IMG/VR virus record: IMGVR_UViG_3300006867_000019
Location: 1 to 44,940 of that record
Reading direction: 5' to 3' (one strand)
Source of the DNA: a virus
Taxonomy: Duplodnaviria; Caudoviricetes
DNA length: 44,940 nt
Each line of letters begins with the position of its first letter. Position 1 is the first letter of the stretch. Under the pieces are notes generated by a model. It worked only from the letters and a program-made list of their open reading frames with translations, did no database searches and had not been told where the DNA came from. Position numbers and translations under genes: made by a program. Positions 9,184 to 18,152 of this stretch are shown in pieces.

Positions 9184-11153
9184 TATTTACCATCATTTTT
9201 AGGAGGTGTTTTATCACCTTGTGGATTATCATTATTACGCATTGCAGCTTTCTTGCCAGATGCTCTCATAGCAGCAAAGGTTTTAGGTGCAACCTTTGTA
9301 ATATCAGCACCTTCTGGAGCATCAGTTTTCATAGCCATCATTTTTTTAGCATTTGGGGAAAGACCTTGTTGTGGATCTGAACCGTTATTTGGTTTATGTG
9401 TTCCTTTTGGTGCAATTGCCTCAGCAATCCGACTTGTTAACTTTTTAGATGCCATGGTGTATCCCTTACTCCGCTTTTTTATTTCTTTTTCATCAGTTGA
9501 TGTGTCAATAATTTTTCCTGCTTTGGACTTATATCTCTGCATGGTAGTTGATGAAACTTCATCTAGATTTACTTCTTCTTTCATCGGGTTTGTAAAATCA
9601 CCAGCTTTGATACGACCAACTATACGCATACCACCATCATGAACAACGAAGTCACCGTTGGTAGCAATAGAAGATGTGTAACCTGGCTTTGGTCTCTTAC
9701 CACCTAGTGCTTTTCTCATCAGCGCCGCAAGTTCTTTCTTTTGCGCTGTTGTTGCTTTTGCTTCATCAATCTCAACTTCTTCTTTGCGGAGAAGATCTTT
9801 ACGAAGATTTCTTGCTGCTGCTCTATCAGCCATCTTTAATCCTTTCGCGCGTTTATCCATAGTTTTTACATCCTTTGAAATGTCTGCAGCCTGTGGACCA
9901 TCTTTACTACGTAGCATTTTACCAATTGCTGAATCTGATGCACGATCTTTACTACGGTTAGCTTTTGTTCTATACTTCATAAGAGTAGATGTAGAGACTT
10001 CATCTAGATTTACTTCTTCTTTAATACCAAGACGCTTCATGTGTTTCTTTACAACATCTCTTGCGTCACCATTTGGATTCTTTTTACCAGCAACATACAA
10101 GTCATCAAACAACTCATCATCACCAATAAGTGCATAGAGTTTGTCTGCGGCATCATCACCTTCTTTACCAAGTTTGATTGGTTTAGACATAAGTTTCTTC
10201 AACTCTGCCTTTGCCTTTGGTGAATCTGGAAGAGCCCATGTGCCTTCTTTGATGTCATCAATAGATGCACCCATATCAACTTCTTCTTTGGCCATTTTGC
10301 CAACGGCCCTTGCGATACCTTTTGCTCGTTTATCAGCTTTCTGACTATGATAATCAACAGAAGCAATAGAAGCTTGAGGATTACCCTGTCGAATTCCTCT
10401 GTTCTCCATATCCTTGGCAGCTTTCTTTACATAAGAACCTAGAGTTTTTTTCGAAACTTCATCAAGTTGTTCAACTTCTTCCATCACATAGACGGTTGAA
10501 TGTCCATGCGACTTTGCCCACTTTTGAGCAGACTTTTTAGCATCAGCAAATCTGCCGTTAACAGTATGCATTTCTTTACTATTGTCATAATCTACCTCGC
10601 CCATACGCTTGTGAGTGAACATCCACGTTGAAGAATGTCCAGGATCTTTAGCCTTTTTACCGTGCGATCTCATGTAGCGATCGTGTCTTACTTCGACTGC
10701 TTCATTGGCCATTTTTGCGCGTATTGTAGCAAGTTGACGTTGAGTAGAATTCATTGTGCGTTCAGGCTTCTTACGACCGGTCGGGGTCCGCCCCATTGCT
10801 GCATCATGAGCACGGTTTCTTTCACGCTCTGCTTTAACTGGATCAACACTATGTTTAATCTGTGGTGCACGTTTTTTACGAGGCGCTTCATCAAGTACCG
10901 CTTCACTTGTCTGTACTTCAACATTAGAATCATTTTCTGCACTCGGTTTTTTCTTCGAAGCAATTGCTTTACTCACAGCCTTACGCCGTTTGTGCAAATA
11001 TTTATCGGTCGAATCAACATCGCCATCATTGTCAATGTCTTTATCTTTACGATCTTTATGCTTACCTCTGAGTTCTTTTGGATTCACTGGATCCATAGCT
11101 TCTCTGATGTTTTTCAGAGCAAGTGCAATATTTTTAATGTCTTGTGTTTTCAT
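9183..11153 (-). CDS. large basic modular internal head/prohead core-like polyprotein
   Basis: Start MKTQD (11153); DIDNDGDVDSTD Ca-binding-like motif; repeated EEVxLDEVS junctions separating Lys/Arg-rich modules. Confidence 0.65.
   Translation of the reverse strand: MKTQDIKNIALALKNIREAMDPVNPKELRGKHKDRKDKDIDNDGDVDSTDKYLHKRRKAVSKAIASKKKPSAENDSNVEVQTSEAVLDEAPRKKRAPQIKHSVDPVKAERERNRAHDAAMGRTPTGRKKPERTMNSTQRQLATIRAKMANEAVEVRHDRYMRSHGKKAKDPGHSSTWMFTHKRMGEVDYDNSKEMHTVNGRFADAKKSAQKWAKSHGHSTVYVMEEVEQLDEVSKKTLGSYVKKAAKDMENRGIRQGNPQASIASVDYHSQKADKRAKGIARAVGKMAKEEVDMGASIDDIKEGTWALPDSPKAKAELKKLMSKPIKLGKEGDDAADKLYALIGDDELFDDLYVAGKKNPNGDARDVVKKHMKRLGIKEEVNLDEVSTSTLMKYRTKANRSKDRASDSAIGKMLRSKDGPQAADISKDVKTMDKRAKGLKMADRAAARNLRKDLLRKEEVEIDEAKATTAQKKELAALMRKALGGKRPKPGYTSSIATNGDFVVHDGGMRIVGRIKAGDFTNPMKEEVNLDEVSSTTMQRYKSKAGKIIDTSTDEKEIKKRSKGYTMASKKLTSRIAEAIAPKGTHKPNNGSDPQQGLSPNAKKMMAMKTDAPEGADITKVAPKTFAAMRASGKKAAMRNNDNPQGDKTPPKNDGK
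9556..10022. repeat. 26-bp exact direct repeat at module junctions (9556-9581 and 9997-10022)
   Basis: ACTTCATCTAGATTTACTTCTTCTTT occurs twice and encodes KEEVNLDEV. Confidence 0.85.
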
Positions 11154-11166
11154 TTTGGTTGTCCTT

Positions 11167-11445
11167 TTACATCCATATGTTTGCTGATATGGCACCTGCT
11201 GATGCGACCATTACTACCCAGAACAATTTATTTATGGTTGAAACTGTTCTATGATTTTCATCTACTTTTTTCTCTATCTCGTCTAATTTTTGAGAGAATC
11301 TATTAAGCCTTTCAAAAGCTTTATCATGATCCTCTTTTAACCCAGCCAACTTTTCCTCTGCTCTAGCCAATGTTATCATGGCTTCGGTAAGTTGATCCAG
11401 CTTATCTTCAATGCGATCAAGTCTTGAATGAGTGTTTTCTGGCAT
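11167..11445 (-). CDS. coiled-coil protein with C-terminal TM helix (XhlA/holin-like)
   Basis: Heptad pattern followed by LFWVVMVASAGAI hydrophobic tail. Confidence 0.55.
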   Translation of the reverse strand: MPENTHSRLDRIEDKLDQLTEAMITLARAEEKLAGLKEDHDKAFERLNRFSQKLDEIEKKVDENHRTVSTINKLFWVVMVASAGAISANIWM

Positions 11446-12281
11446 TATATATTTCCGCCTATCTGAGCAAAATGTTTAAATGATATAGATCTGGATTCTT
11501 TCTGATCAACCCTACCAAAACCTGGTTTTGGTTTACCTTTAATAACAGAATCAAGATGCATCTTCATATAGCCATTAACTTCTTTTTCAATATCAGCTGA
11601 CTTAGCCAAACCTATTATTTTATTGTAAAGGCTTCGTGCCATTGATTTTTGTTCATCTGTTGCTTCACCTGCATTCATTACATCCATTTCCATTTTTAAA
11701 AACTGGTCTTGTAAGCGTGTCATCTGTTCAGCATTCTTAACAGTTGAATGTTTTTTCATTGTCTTGATTGCTGATCCACACATATGGAAATGTTTAGTTG
11801 TATAACCACCGACAGTAATTTCAGTACCAGTACTTTCATTTGTAGTTTGAACCATATTGGTTTCTTCGGCTTCATCGGTATCTTCTGGATCAACATCTTC
11901 ACGAACAGCTTTTTTAGCTTTCATAAACATTGCATCATCGCCAGTAATCATACCAATAAGCTCGTTGAGCAAAGAGAAAAGAACTTTTCTTTCGGCAGGC
12001 GGTACTGGTTTATCTTCTTTCATTTTATCAAGAGCACGAACAATTTTGGTCATGTCTTTTCTATCCATCATACCAAGACGAACAAGCATTTTAAGCCTAT
12101 CAGTTGACTGATCAGTTTTTTCGTACATCATGCTTTCCTTTTGCTCATCTTTATCATCAAGATATGCTGCAATGGCCATCTGCTGTTTCTTTTTATCGGA
12201 CTTGCCCTTAAATTGAGGAGCCTTTGATTTTCTAAAGTCCTTTATATATGCTCCAGCACCGTCCGATGGTTTAAGTGGCAT
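11445..12281 (-). CDS. putative virion internal protein
   Basis: 278 aa, modular; YIKDFRKSKAPQFKGKS motif; located in the late operon. Confidence 0.55.
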   Translation of the reverse strand: MPLKPSDGAGAYIKDFRKSKAPQFKGKSDKKKQQMAIAAYLDDKDEQKESMMYEKTDQSTDRLKMLVRLGMMDRKDMTKIVRALDKMKEDKPVPPAERKVLFSLLNELIGMITGDDAMFMKAKKAVREDVDPEDTDEAEETNMVQTTNESTGTEITVGGYTTKHFHMCGSAIKTMKKHSTVKNAEQMTRLQDQFLKMEMDVMNAGEATDEQKSMARSLYNKIIGLAKSADIEKEVNGYMKMHLDSVIKGKPKPGFGRVDQKESRSISFKHFAQIGGNI

Positions 12282-12287
12282 TACATT

Positions 12288-12662
12288 TTATCCTTTTGGT
12301 GTATTATCTTTTTTAAGAATATCTTTTTCAACAGGAACCATTCTTATTTTTACTTTACCGTCTGGCCCAGTAACTTTTTCTGGTTTTCTAGCATCAGAGG
12401 TTGTTTCTAGATCTTCTTTTCGAACTTTAGCTGCCAGGTCTTTATCTGCTTTACCCCATGTACCAGAAGATTTGGTCACAAAAGAATTTACTCTTGCCAT
12501 GCCCCACTGTTGAGGAGTTGTTCCCGGGCGGTGACCAGTTTTCCAAGCAGCTATGCCACGGTTATAAACTTTACGAAGAATACCGAGAGGCATACCAGAC
12601 TTCTCTGCTTTCTTTTTTAAACCTTCAGTATTTTCGGAAATGTATTGTCTAAAACGAACCAT
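12288..12662 (-). CDS. putative internal head protein
   Basis: True start MVRFRQYISE at 12662 (GAGG RBS); LRKVYNRGIAAWKTGHRPGTTPQQWGMARVNSF domain. Confidence 0.65.
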   Translation of the reverse strand: MVRFRQYISENTEGLKKKAEKSGMPLGILRKVYNRGIAAWKTGHRPGTTPQQWGMARVNSFVTKSSGTWGKADKDLAAKVRKEDLETTSDARKPEKVTGPDGKVKIRMVPVEKDILKKDNTPKG

Positions 12663-12663
12663 G

Positions 12664-12927
12664 TTAGCCTCTTGGGTATGAAATTTTAGTTGCTTTAGAA
12701 TTGGATCCAGTTGAGAACAAACCTTCAATAGGTTTTTTATTAATAATAACAGAACTATTTTCGTGCATCTGTAAACTACCAATAACTGTTCCGTTTGGTC
12801 CTGCTGAATCTTTTAAGGTAAGAGTAGCATCAGCGGTTGCTGAAACATAAACCGATTTAGCACTGTTTATGTGACTACCTGATGCACTATCTAGAGTGAT
12901 TACAGCTCCAATTGGTTTAAATTGCAT
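12664..12927 (-). CDS. small beta-rich hypothetical protein
   Basis: 87 aa ORF, TAATG-coupled. Confidence 0.6.
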   Translation of the reverse strand: MQFKPIGAVITLDSASGSHINSAKSVYVSATADATLTLKDSAGPNGTVIGSLQMHENSSVIINKKPIEGLFSTGSNSKATKISYPRG

Positions 12928-14594
12928 TACACTGTTTCCTTATTTTTAATTTTTGTATCTTTTAATCTGGCGCGATCTAGCATACGATCATGGCGTTTGG
13001 CATCAGCTGCCTTTTCTCTTTCAATACGTTTCTTTGCCAATTTTTGGGCTTCAGATTCACCAAACATCTGCTTAAATCTAATTGTATGTTTACTTGGTTT
13101 TGTTTTGGCTGTAGCATCTCCTGGTGCTGGCTTATATGCAGAATCATCGTCATCAGCTTTTTTGCCATGTTTAGCAAAGTGTGCAGCACGTTTTAATTTT
13201 GTAGATTTTTTGAGGCCTTTGTAATACCCTGCGGGTTGGGTGCCTGCTCTATCCTTAATATCTGGATCTTGTGGTTGAGTTTTAGGGCGTTCTTTACTTT
13301 CGCTTGCTCGTTTAATAGCATCTTGTGTAGGTGCACCTTTCTCACCCTTCTTACGCATTCTTTCGCCGCGTGCTCTCTTAGCACGGATATTAGCCCAAAG
13401 ACTCTCGTTTGTTGATTCGTATTTAATGATAGCATTAGTAGTTTTAAAATCTTTTTTACGCATGATGGTCTTCATCGTGATTTCAATATCATTATCGCCT
13501 TTTGGTTTAATAACAACAGGCATATTCAAATCAGTAGGTAAATCCTTCAATACGGCTTGCATATCTTCGATTGATTTAATTTTATTACCTTTGGCTTTAT
13601 GTATCTTCTTGAAAAACCTCTGTAGTTCAGCAATCTTAATATCTGGGTTGTTTCTAGCATCATTCATTCTATCTGCAAAATGACGTGTAAATGCAACATC
13701 AATACCATACTTATTAAGAAGCTTATCAGCAAATCGTTCCAAACTAGTAATTTGTGATGGACTTACCTTCTCTTCAATATGTTCAACAGCATCAAGCCAT
13801 TTACGAACATTCTTACCATTTTGTTGTTCAATAATAAGGTAGTTTGATGCACATTGTACTACTACGCCAATTTCATCATTTTCTTTAATAATGACTTGAT
13901 CACCAATAGAATATAGTGATCCATCCACATATGCTTCACGCACATCAGATACTGGTTCTAACTGAATGTGTCTCTTAAACTCAGTCTGTTCTTTGAGACC
14001 CATACCTTTACGGACCATGTTAAAAATCTTTTTAGATTCTGCGTTGCTTACTGCCTTTGGAATACCTTGAGAAAATTTGGTAAAGTCATTGTCAGATGCA
14101 GCTGCACGCATTTTAGATGCAGACATTCCAGTAGCACCTTCTGCATCAGGGTCACGATCACCAGCTGATACAACTTTAATATCCATAAAGTTATAAAAGC
14201 CGTGTGCTCCTTTTTTACCGTTGTACTTATTTAATAAAATATCAAATTCACGAATACGATCGGATCCAACAACCATAATTACGTTGCGGTAACCTTCATT
14301 ATATAAAGAAGTGGCAACCTGAAATACATTTTTTAATTTATCTGATTTAAGAATATTTCTGGCGTGTTTGGGAAACATCTTTCTTGCAATTTTTAATTTA
14401 TCTTTGTATGCAAGAGGATTCTTTTTAGCATCTTGAGACTGAGACAAGTACATACGGTAAGGATTCCTACCAGCATTTTTTGCCATAGCGTCTAACAATT
14501 TCTCATGACCAATGGTAGGCGGATTCATACGCCCAAAAGAGAAAACAACAATCTTGTTTTCCTCAACCAAATATTGTTTAAATGACCCTATCAT
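12927..14594 (-). CDS. HxGH nucleotidyltransferase (cytidylyltransferase-like) with appended C-terminal modules
   Basis: FGRMNPPTIGH, KNPL, VVGSDR, MSASKMR motifs; MIGSFKQYLVE N-terminus. Confidence 0.8.
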   Translation of the reverse strand: MIGSFKQYLVEENKIVVFSFGRMNPPTIGHEKLLDAMAKNAGRNPYRMYLSQSQDAKKNPLAYKDKLKIARKMFPKHARNILKSDKLKNVFQVATSLYNEGYRNVIMVVGSDRIREFDILLNKYNGKKGAHGFYNFMDIKVVSAGDRDPDAEGATGMSASKMRAAASDNDFTKFSQGIPKAVSNAESKKIFNMVRKGMGLKEQTEFKRHIQLEPVSDVREAYVDGSLYSIGDQVIIKENDEIGVVVQCASNYLIIEQQNGKNVRKWLDAVEHIEEKVSPSQITSLERFADKLLNKYGIDVAFTRHFADRMNDARNNPDIKIAELQRFFKKIHKAKGNKIKSIEDMQAVLKDLPTDLNMPVVIKPKGDNDIEITMKTIMRKKDFKTTNAIIKYESTNESLWANIRAKRARGERMRKKGEKGAPTQDAIKRASESKERPKTQPQDPDIKDRAGTQPAGYYKGLKKSTKLKRAAHFAKHGKKADDDDSAYKPAPGDATAKTKPSKHTIRFKQMFGESEAQKLAKKRIEREKAADAKRHDRMLDRARLKDTKIKNKETV

Positions 14595-15032
14595 TTATTT
14601 ACCCGCCACTTTAGAGGCCTTACGGTCCTTCTCTCGTTGCCTCACAACCTTGACTAATTTTTTAGCTGTTCGATTAATTTTAGATACCATAATAGGTTTT
14701 CTTAGTCTGGCTTCAATTTCAGATTTACGTCCAGGTGCCAGGTTAGTAGCACCCTTTGATAATTTCTTAAACATTGTTTTATATGCTTGCCGTTGAGCTC
14801 TTTTTTTAAGAGTTTTCATATCTGCAAATTTACGGGCAGCTCTATTTCTCCCGAGTTTTAATTTAGCTTTATTTCGCTTCATTACTCGAGATTTTCTTAA
14901 TCTTGCTTGCATTGAAAGTTTTTCGTCAACAGCTTCTTCGCCGATGTGGTGGCGCCTGTGAGCACGATAATTAGTAAGTTCGTCTTCTCCTGGACGATAC
15001 TCTACTACATACATATCTCTAAATCTTAACAT
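14595..15032 (-). CDS. very basic putative internal/prohead core protein
   Basis: MLRFRDMYVVE start; acidic leader ending VDE then an Arg/Lys-rich helical body. Confidence 0.6.
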   Translation of the reverse strand: MLRFRDMYVVEYRPGEDELTNYRAHRRHHIGEEAVDEKLSMQARLRKSRVMKRNKAKLKLGRNRAARKFADMKTLKKRAQRQAYKTMFKKLSKGATNLAPGRKSEIEARLRKPIMVSKINRTAKKLVKVVRQREKDRKASKVAGK

Positions 15033-15044
15033 TAGGTTTCCCCA

Positions 15045-16262
15045 TTATCGGCCTTTATCCCAGCCCTTTAAAACATCCGGCGAAAAGTTGTTGTAAGAAA
15101 ATTCCATTCGATCAACAATCTTTAACGCATCACCACCAATTTTATCAATTGCCACGTAACCTTCAGGTCCAGTGGTAACATAACCTTTATTTGTTTTTAC
15201 AAAGGTTTTAATAGAAGATAATTTATTAAGTTTATTTATAAGGATTAGTTTTGCTAGGACCAATTCTTTTTGTAAATCAAACAACAATTTTAAACTATTT
15301 TTGTTTTGAGGTGTGAAAAAATCAAGAATTTCATCTAGCTTTGCCTGCTGAGTTCTCTTGCCTCTTTCAGTTTTTCTTGAATCAATTTCTTTTTGATACT
15401 TTTTTGAAATCCATTTAATAAGACTGGATACATGTCTTGTTGTATCTCCGATAACAGTTCCGGCTCTGACATATGTGTTGTTATGCGTTTCGATGTGCTG
15501 AGCAAGTGTGGGATTTGCTTCAATTTTTCGGAGAGTAGTTCCAGAAATTTTGTTGAATATTTTGCCAGCATTTGAAAGATGTGCATTTACAGCTCCAGTT
15601 TCTTTTTTCGTCATTGTATATTTTGAAAGATCTCTTAACATTGCGTCTTGTGACCAGACAGTTCTCGATTTAAACTTAGATGTATCTACTCCATAAGAAG
15701 CCCTCATTGTTTCGAATGTTTGTCCTTTATATGTAGTGTGCCAAACAATACCTAGTTTTGCTCTCTTAATATCATCTGCCATTGGTGTTCCATCAGGGAT
15801 AGCATAAACAATAGTATTAGGATGAAACGTGACGTAGGATTCACCTTTAATCTTTTTGGTTTTAACATCACCAGGTCCGTACAAAAAGTCTCCTTGAATA
15901 ACACCTTTGATACCTATTGAAGGTAATTCCTTAAGTGCAAGTTTTAATTTATTAGCAAGATCACCACTAGTGTCAGCATCAACATCAGCAGCAGTCTTAT
16001 ATACTTTAGGATTTTTATTGAAGATTCCTTTCTTCGCAACAAAGAATTTTCCGTCACTAGGGTCAGTACCAGCAAAAATAGCAGGAGCACCATCCCATTT
16101 AACAGAAATGTTTCCATCATGTTCCCCTTTTAGCATATCACGTACAGATCTTAAAGCTAGAATACTTTCTCTAGCACCATTCACACCGCCATATATGACA
16201 GCATCTTCAATGTGCGTCATATGGGTATTCTTTTGTTCAGTTATAAAATCTTTAAAGTTCAT
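15045..16262 (-). CDS. conserved phage protein with ligase/nucleotidyltransferase-like KxDG motif
   Basis: SVKWDGAPA (motif I-like), QGDFL, EGYV, LKIVDR; MNFKDFITE N-terminus. Confidence 0.6.
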   Translation of the reverse strand: MNFKDFITEQKNTHMTHIEDAVIYGGVNGARESILALRSVRDMLKGEHDGNISVKWDGAPAIFAGTDPSDGKFFVAKKGIFNKNPKVYKTAADVDADTSGDLANKLKLALKELPSIGIKGVIQGDFLYGPGDVKTKKIKGESYVTFHPNTIVYAIPDGTPMADDIKRAKLGIVWHTTYKGQTFETMRASYGVDTSKFKSRTVWSQDAMLRDLSKYTMTKKETGAVNAHLSNAGKIFNKISGTTLRKIEANPTLAQHIETHNNTYVRAGTVIGDTTRHVSSLIKWISKKYQKEIDSRKTERGKRTQQAKLDEILDFFTPQNKNSLKLLFDLQKELVLAKLILINKLNKLSSIKTFVKTNKGYVTTGPEGYVAIDKIGGDALKIVDRMEFSYNNFSPDVLKGWDKGR

Positions 16263-17032
16263 CTGTTTCTTACCAATGTTATGTCAAACGATGATGAAAT
16301 AATGCTACCAGTCGAAGCGATTGCTCTTATTTCAATATCTGTTTTTGCCGGAAGCTTAATTGGAATTTGATAATCGCGAGTATGAAACCCACCAGGAACA
16401 TCCATAATATCTCTAGTTCTAAATGCTCCATTATTAGGATCATAAAGTCTCGTATATAATGATGCAGTTATTGAAGAGTTATAAGCGCCAACTCCAACAT
16501 TCCATTTAGTTAAATATCCAGTGCAGTGAAGGGGAATAGTATAAAGCGCAAGTTGCGTTTGTCCTAGACCGTAAGTTGTACCGACTCCAATTGTGCCGAT
16601 ATCAGCTAAGACTGTGCCACCGCCGCCGGCTGCTGTTGATATTATTACATTACCTTCATTTGTTCCAGTTGAACCTGCAGATGCAACAAACGCACGATAG
16701 ACTCTCAAAAATTCAGTAGTACCTACAAGATTGTTAACTGGCTGAGTTGCTTCAATCTCATTGTAATTTGCATCTAATCCTAGGATTGTTACTGTTTGCG
16801 CTCCGTTTCCAGTTGGGTTATCATCTGCATCATTACTTGAAACAAAAACAGTTGATGCCGAAGAAAGGTAGTTATAAATACCACCATGTTGCCATATGGT
16901 TTCAGGAGCACCACCTACACTTGGATTACGCCCAAACTTGTGAATGAAATCAGTTTTAAGTACCCTTCCAGCAGATATATCAACCGATTCGGCTAGATGT
17001 GTATTTGCAAAATGTCTACTACTAATAGCCAT
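16259..17032 (-). CDS. beta-rich hypothetical (structural-like) protein
   Basis: 257 aa Gly/Thr/Ser-rich; IHKFGRNP and GQTQLALYTIP motifs. Confidence 0.6.
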   Translation of the reverse strand: MAISSRHFANTHLAESVDISAGRVLKTDFIHKFGRNPSVGGAPETIWQHGGIYNYLSSASTVFVSSNDADDNPTGNGAQTVTILGLDANYNEIEATQPVNNLVGTTEFLRVYRAFVASAGSTGTNEGNVIISTAAGGGGTVLADIGTIGVGTTYGLGQTQLALYTIPLHCTGYLTKWNVGVGAYNSSITASLYTRLYDPNNGAFRTRDIMDVPGGFHTRDYQIPIKLPAKTDIEIRAIASTGSIISSSFDITLVRNR

Positions 17033-17808
17033 TATTTTTTATACCACTCTATATCTAGGTCTAAAATTTTAACAGATCCTTTTTTAATTGGCGCAATATT
17101 GTATTTTGATTTCTTACCAGCTGGAATACTAAAAGACATCTCAAATGTAAACTGATATGCACCGCCACCTTTTGCTTGAACTCTTGCTCTATATACTGCT
17201 TCAGCAGACTGTCCAAATGTAGGTATGTCTTTAAGTCTAAGAGGGTTCTTTTTTCCTAACAAATAGAAACCATGAGTTCCAACATTTACATAATATGTTT
17301 TCTTTTTATTATAATATTCTTCAATTTTTGTAGCAGGAATTTTACCTTTGATTTCTTTAAATCTTGCTAATTCTTTTGAGTAAATTTCTCGTTTACCAAG
17401 ACCTGCAATCTCAGATTTAAGACCATCATCTTTAGTAAATTTATAAGGTTCATTTTTCCACTGCTTTGCAATAAGATCTAGTACACCAACTTCTTTTGCA
17501 AGTTCTATAACAAAAATCTTTTCATCATTTTTTTCATTAGGGTTACCAATGGACCATTTACCATTTGCATATTTCATAACTAATGAACCAGCCGAGGCTG
17601 CAGTGATTTTTAATTCACAACCAGATTTAATCCCATTTTTCTGCAACATAATATCTGGAATATCTGAACCAGCGCCAGCTGGCGTAAAATCTTTTGGTAC
17701 AATTCCTAAAGGTTTAAGTGCATTAACAGCATTTACCTCATATTGGAAACCTTGTTGAGCTGTCACAGACATCTCTGAAATGTACCTTTTAAACCTCTCC
17801 ATTGACAC
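17032..17808 (-). CDS. putative PD-(D/E)xK nuclease
   Basis: GFQYE...PDIML...CELK arrangement; MSMERFKRYISE N-terminus. Confidence 0.5.
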   Translation of the reverse strand: MSMERFKRYISEMSVTAQQGFQYEVNAVNALKPLGIVPKDFTPAGAGSDIPDIMLQKNGIKSGCELKITAASAGSLVMKYANGKWSIGNPNEKNDEKIFVIELAKEVGVLDLIAKQWKNEPYKFTKDDGLKSEIAGLGKREIYSKELARFKEIKGKIPATKIEEYYNKKKTYYVNVGTHGFYLLGKKNPLRLKDIPTFGQSAEAVYRARVQAKGGGAYQFTFEMSFSIPAGKKSKYNIAPIKKGSVKILDLDIEWYKK

Positions 17809-17840
17809 TTCCTTTATTTAAGGTTATTAGATATTACTTC

Positions 17841-17848
17841 TATTTATA
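17841..17848 (-). promoter_or_regulatory. T4-type late promoter
   Basis: TATAAATA on the minus strand directly after a terminator, heading the 17808-5676 gene run. Confidence 0.75.
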
Positions 17849-17854
17849 TAAAAT

Positions 17855-17877
17855 AAAAAAAGAGGCTTAACGCCCCT
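17855..17877 (-). terminator. intrinsic terminator
   Basis: AGGGGC GTTAA GCCTCT followed by a T run. Confidence 0.7.
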
Positions 17878-18058
17878 TTCGTTGTTCTATGTAAAGTTTT
17901 TTACCTCTTTTGATAACATCATACTGGTAATTTTCAAAACCAGAATCAATTAAATCCCTATTTAGACTACTGACCCAATTTGTAATATCAGGAACTTCTT
18001 GGTCCGAGTCAAGTATACCTACTAGGTAAGGATCTTTGCTGTCGTTCACTAGCTTCAT
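17867..18058 (-). CDS. small hypothetical protein
   Basis: 63 aa ORF with GAGG RBS. Confidence 0.6.
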   Translation of the reverse strand: MKLVNDSKDPYLVGILDSDQEVPDITNWVSSLNRDLIDSGFENYQYDVIKRGKKLYIEQRKGR

Positions 18059-18152
18059 TATTTCTTTCCTCTTTCACTCTCTCAGTATGTATTCATGGTA
18101 TAATTCACGGACCGAGTTCTTGTGAAAGAACTCGATCCAATCTTCATGGATA

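Noticed and set aside
9078-14796. Many long plus-strand ORFs antisense to the late operon
   Set aside because: No RBS or motifs; typical antisense shadows of biased minus-strand coding sequence.
18075-18152. Protein-like frame DIHEDWIEFFHKNSVRELYHEYILRE* after DUF932
   Set aside because: No adjacent start codon or RBS seen; could be a remnant or chance, and it coincides with the hairpin.
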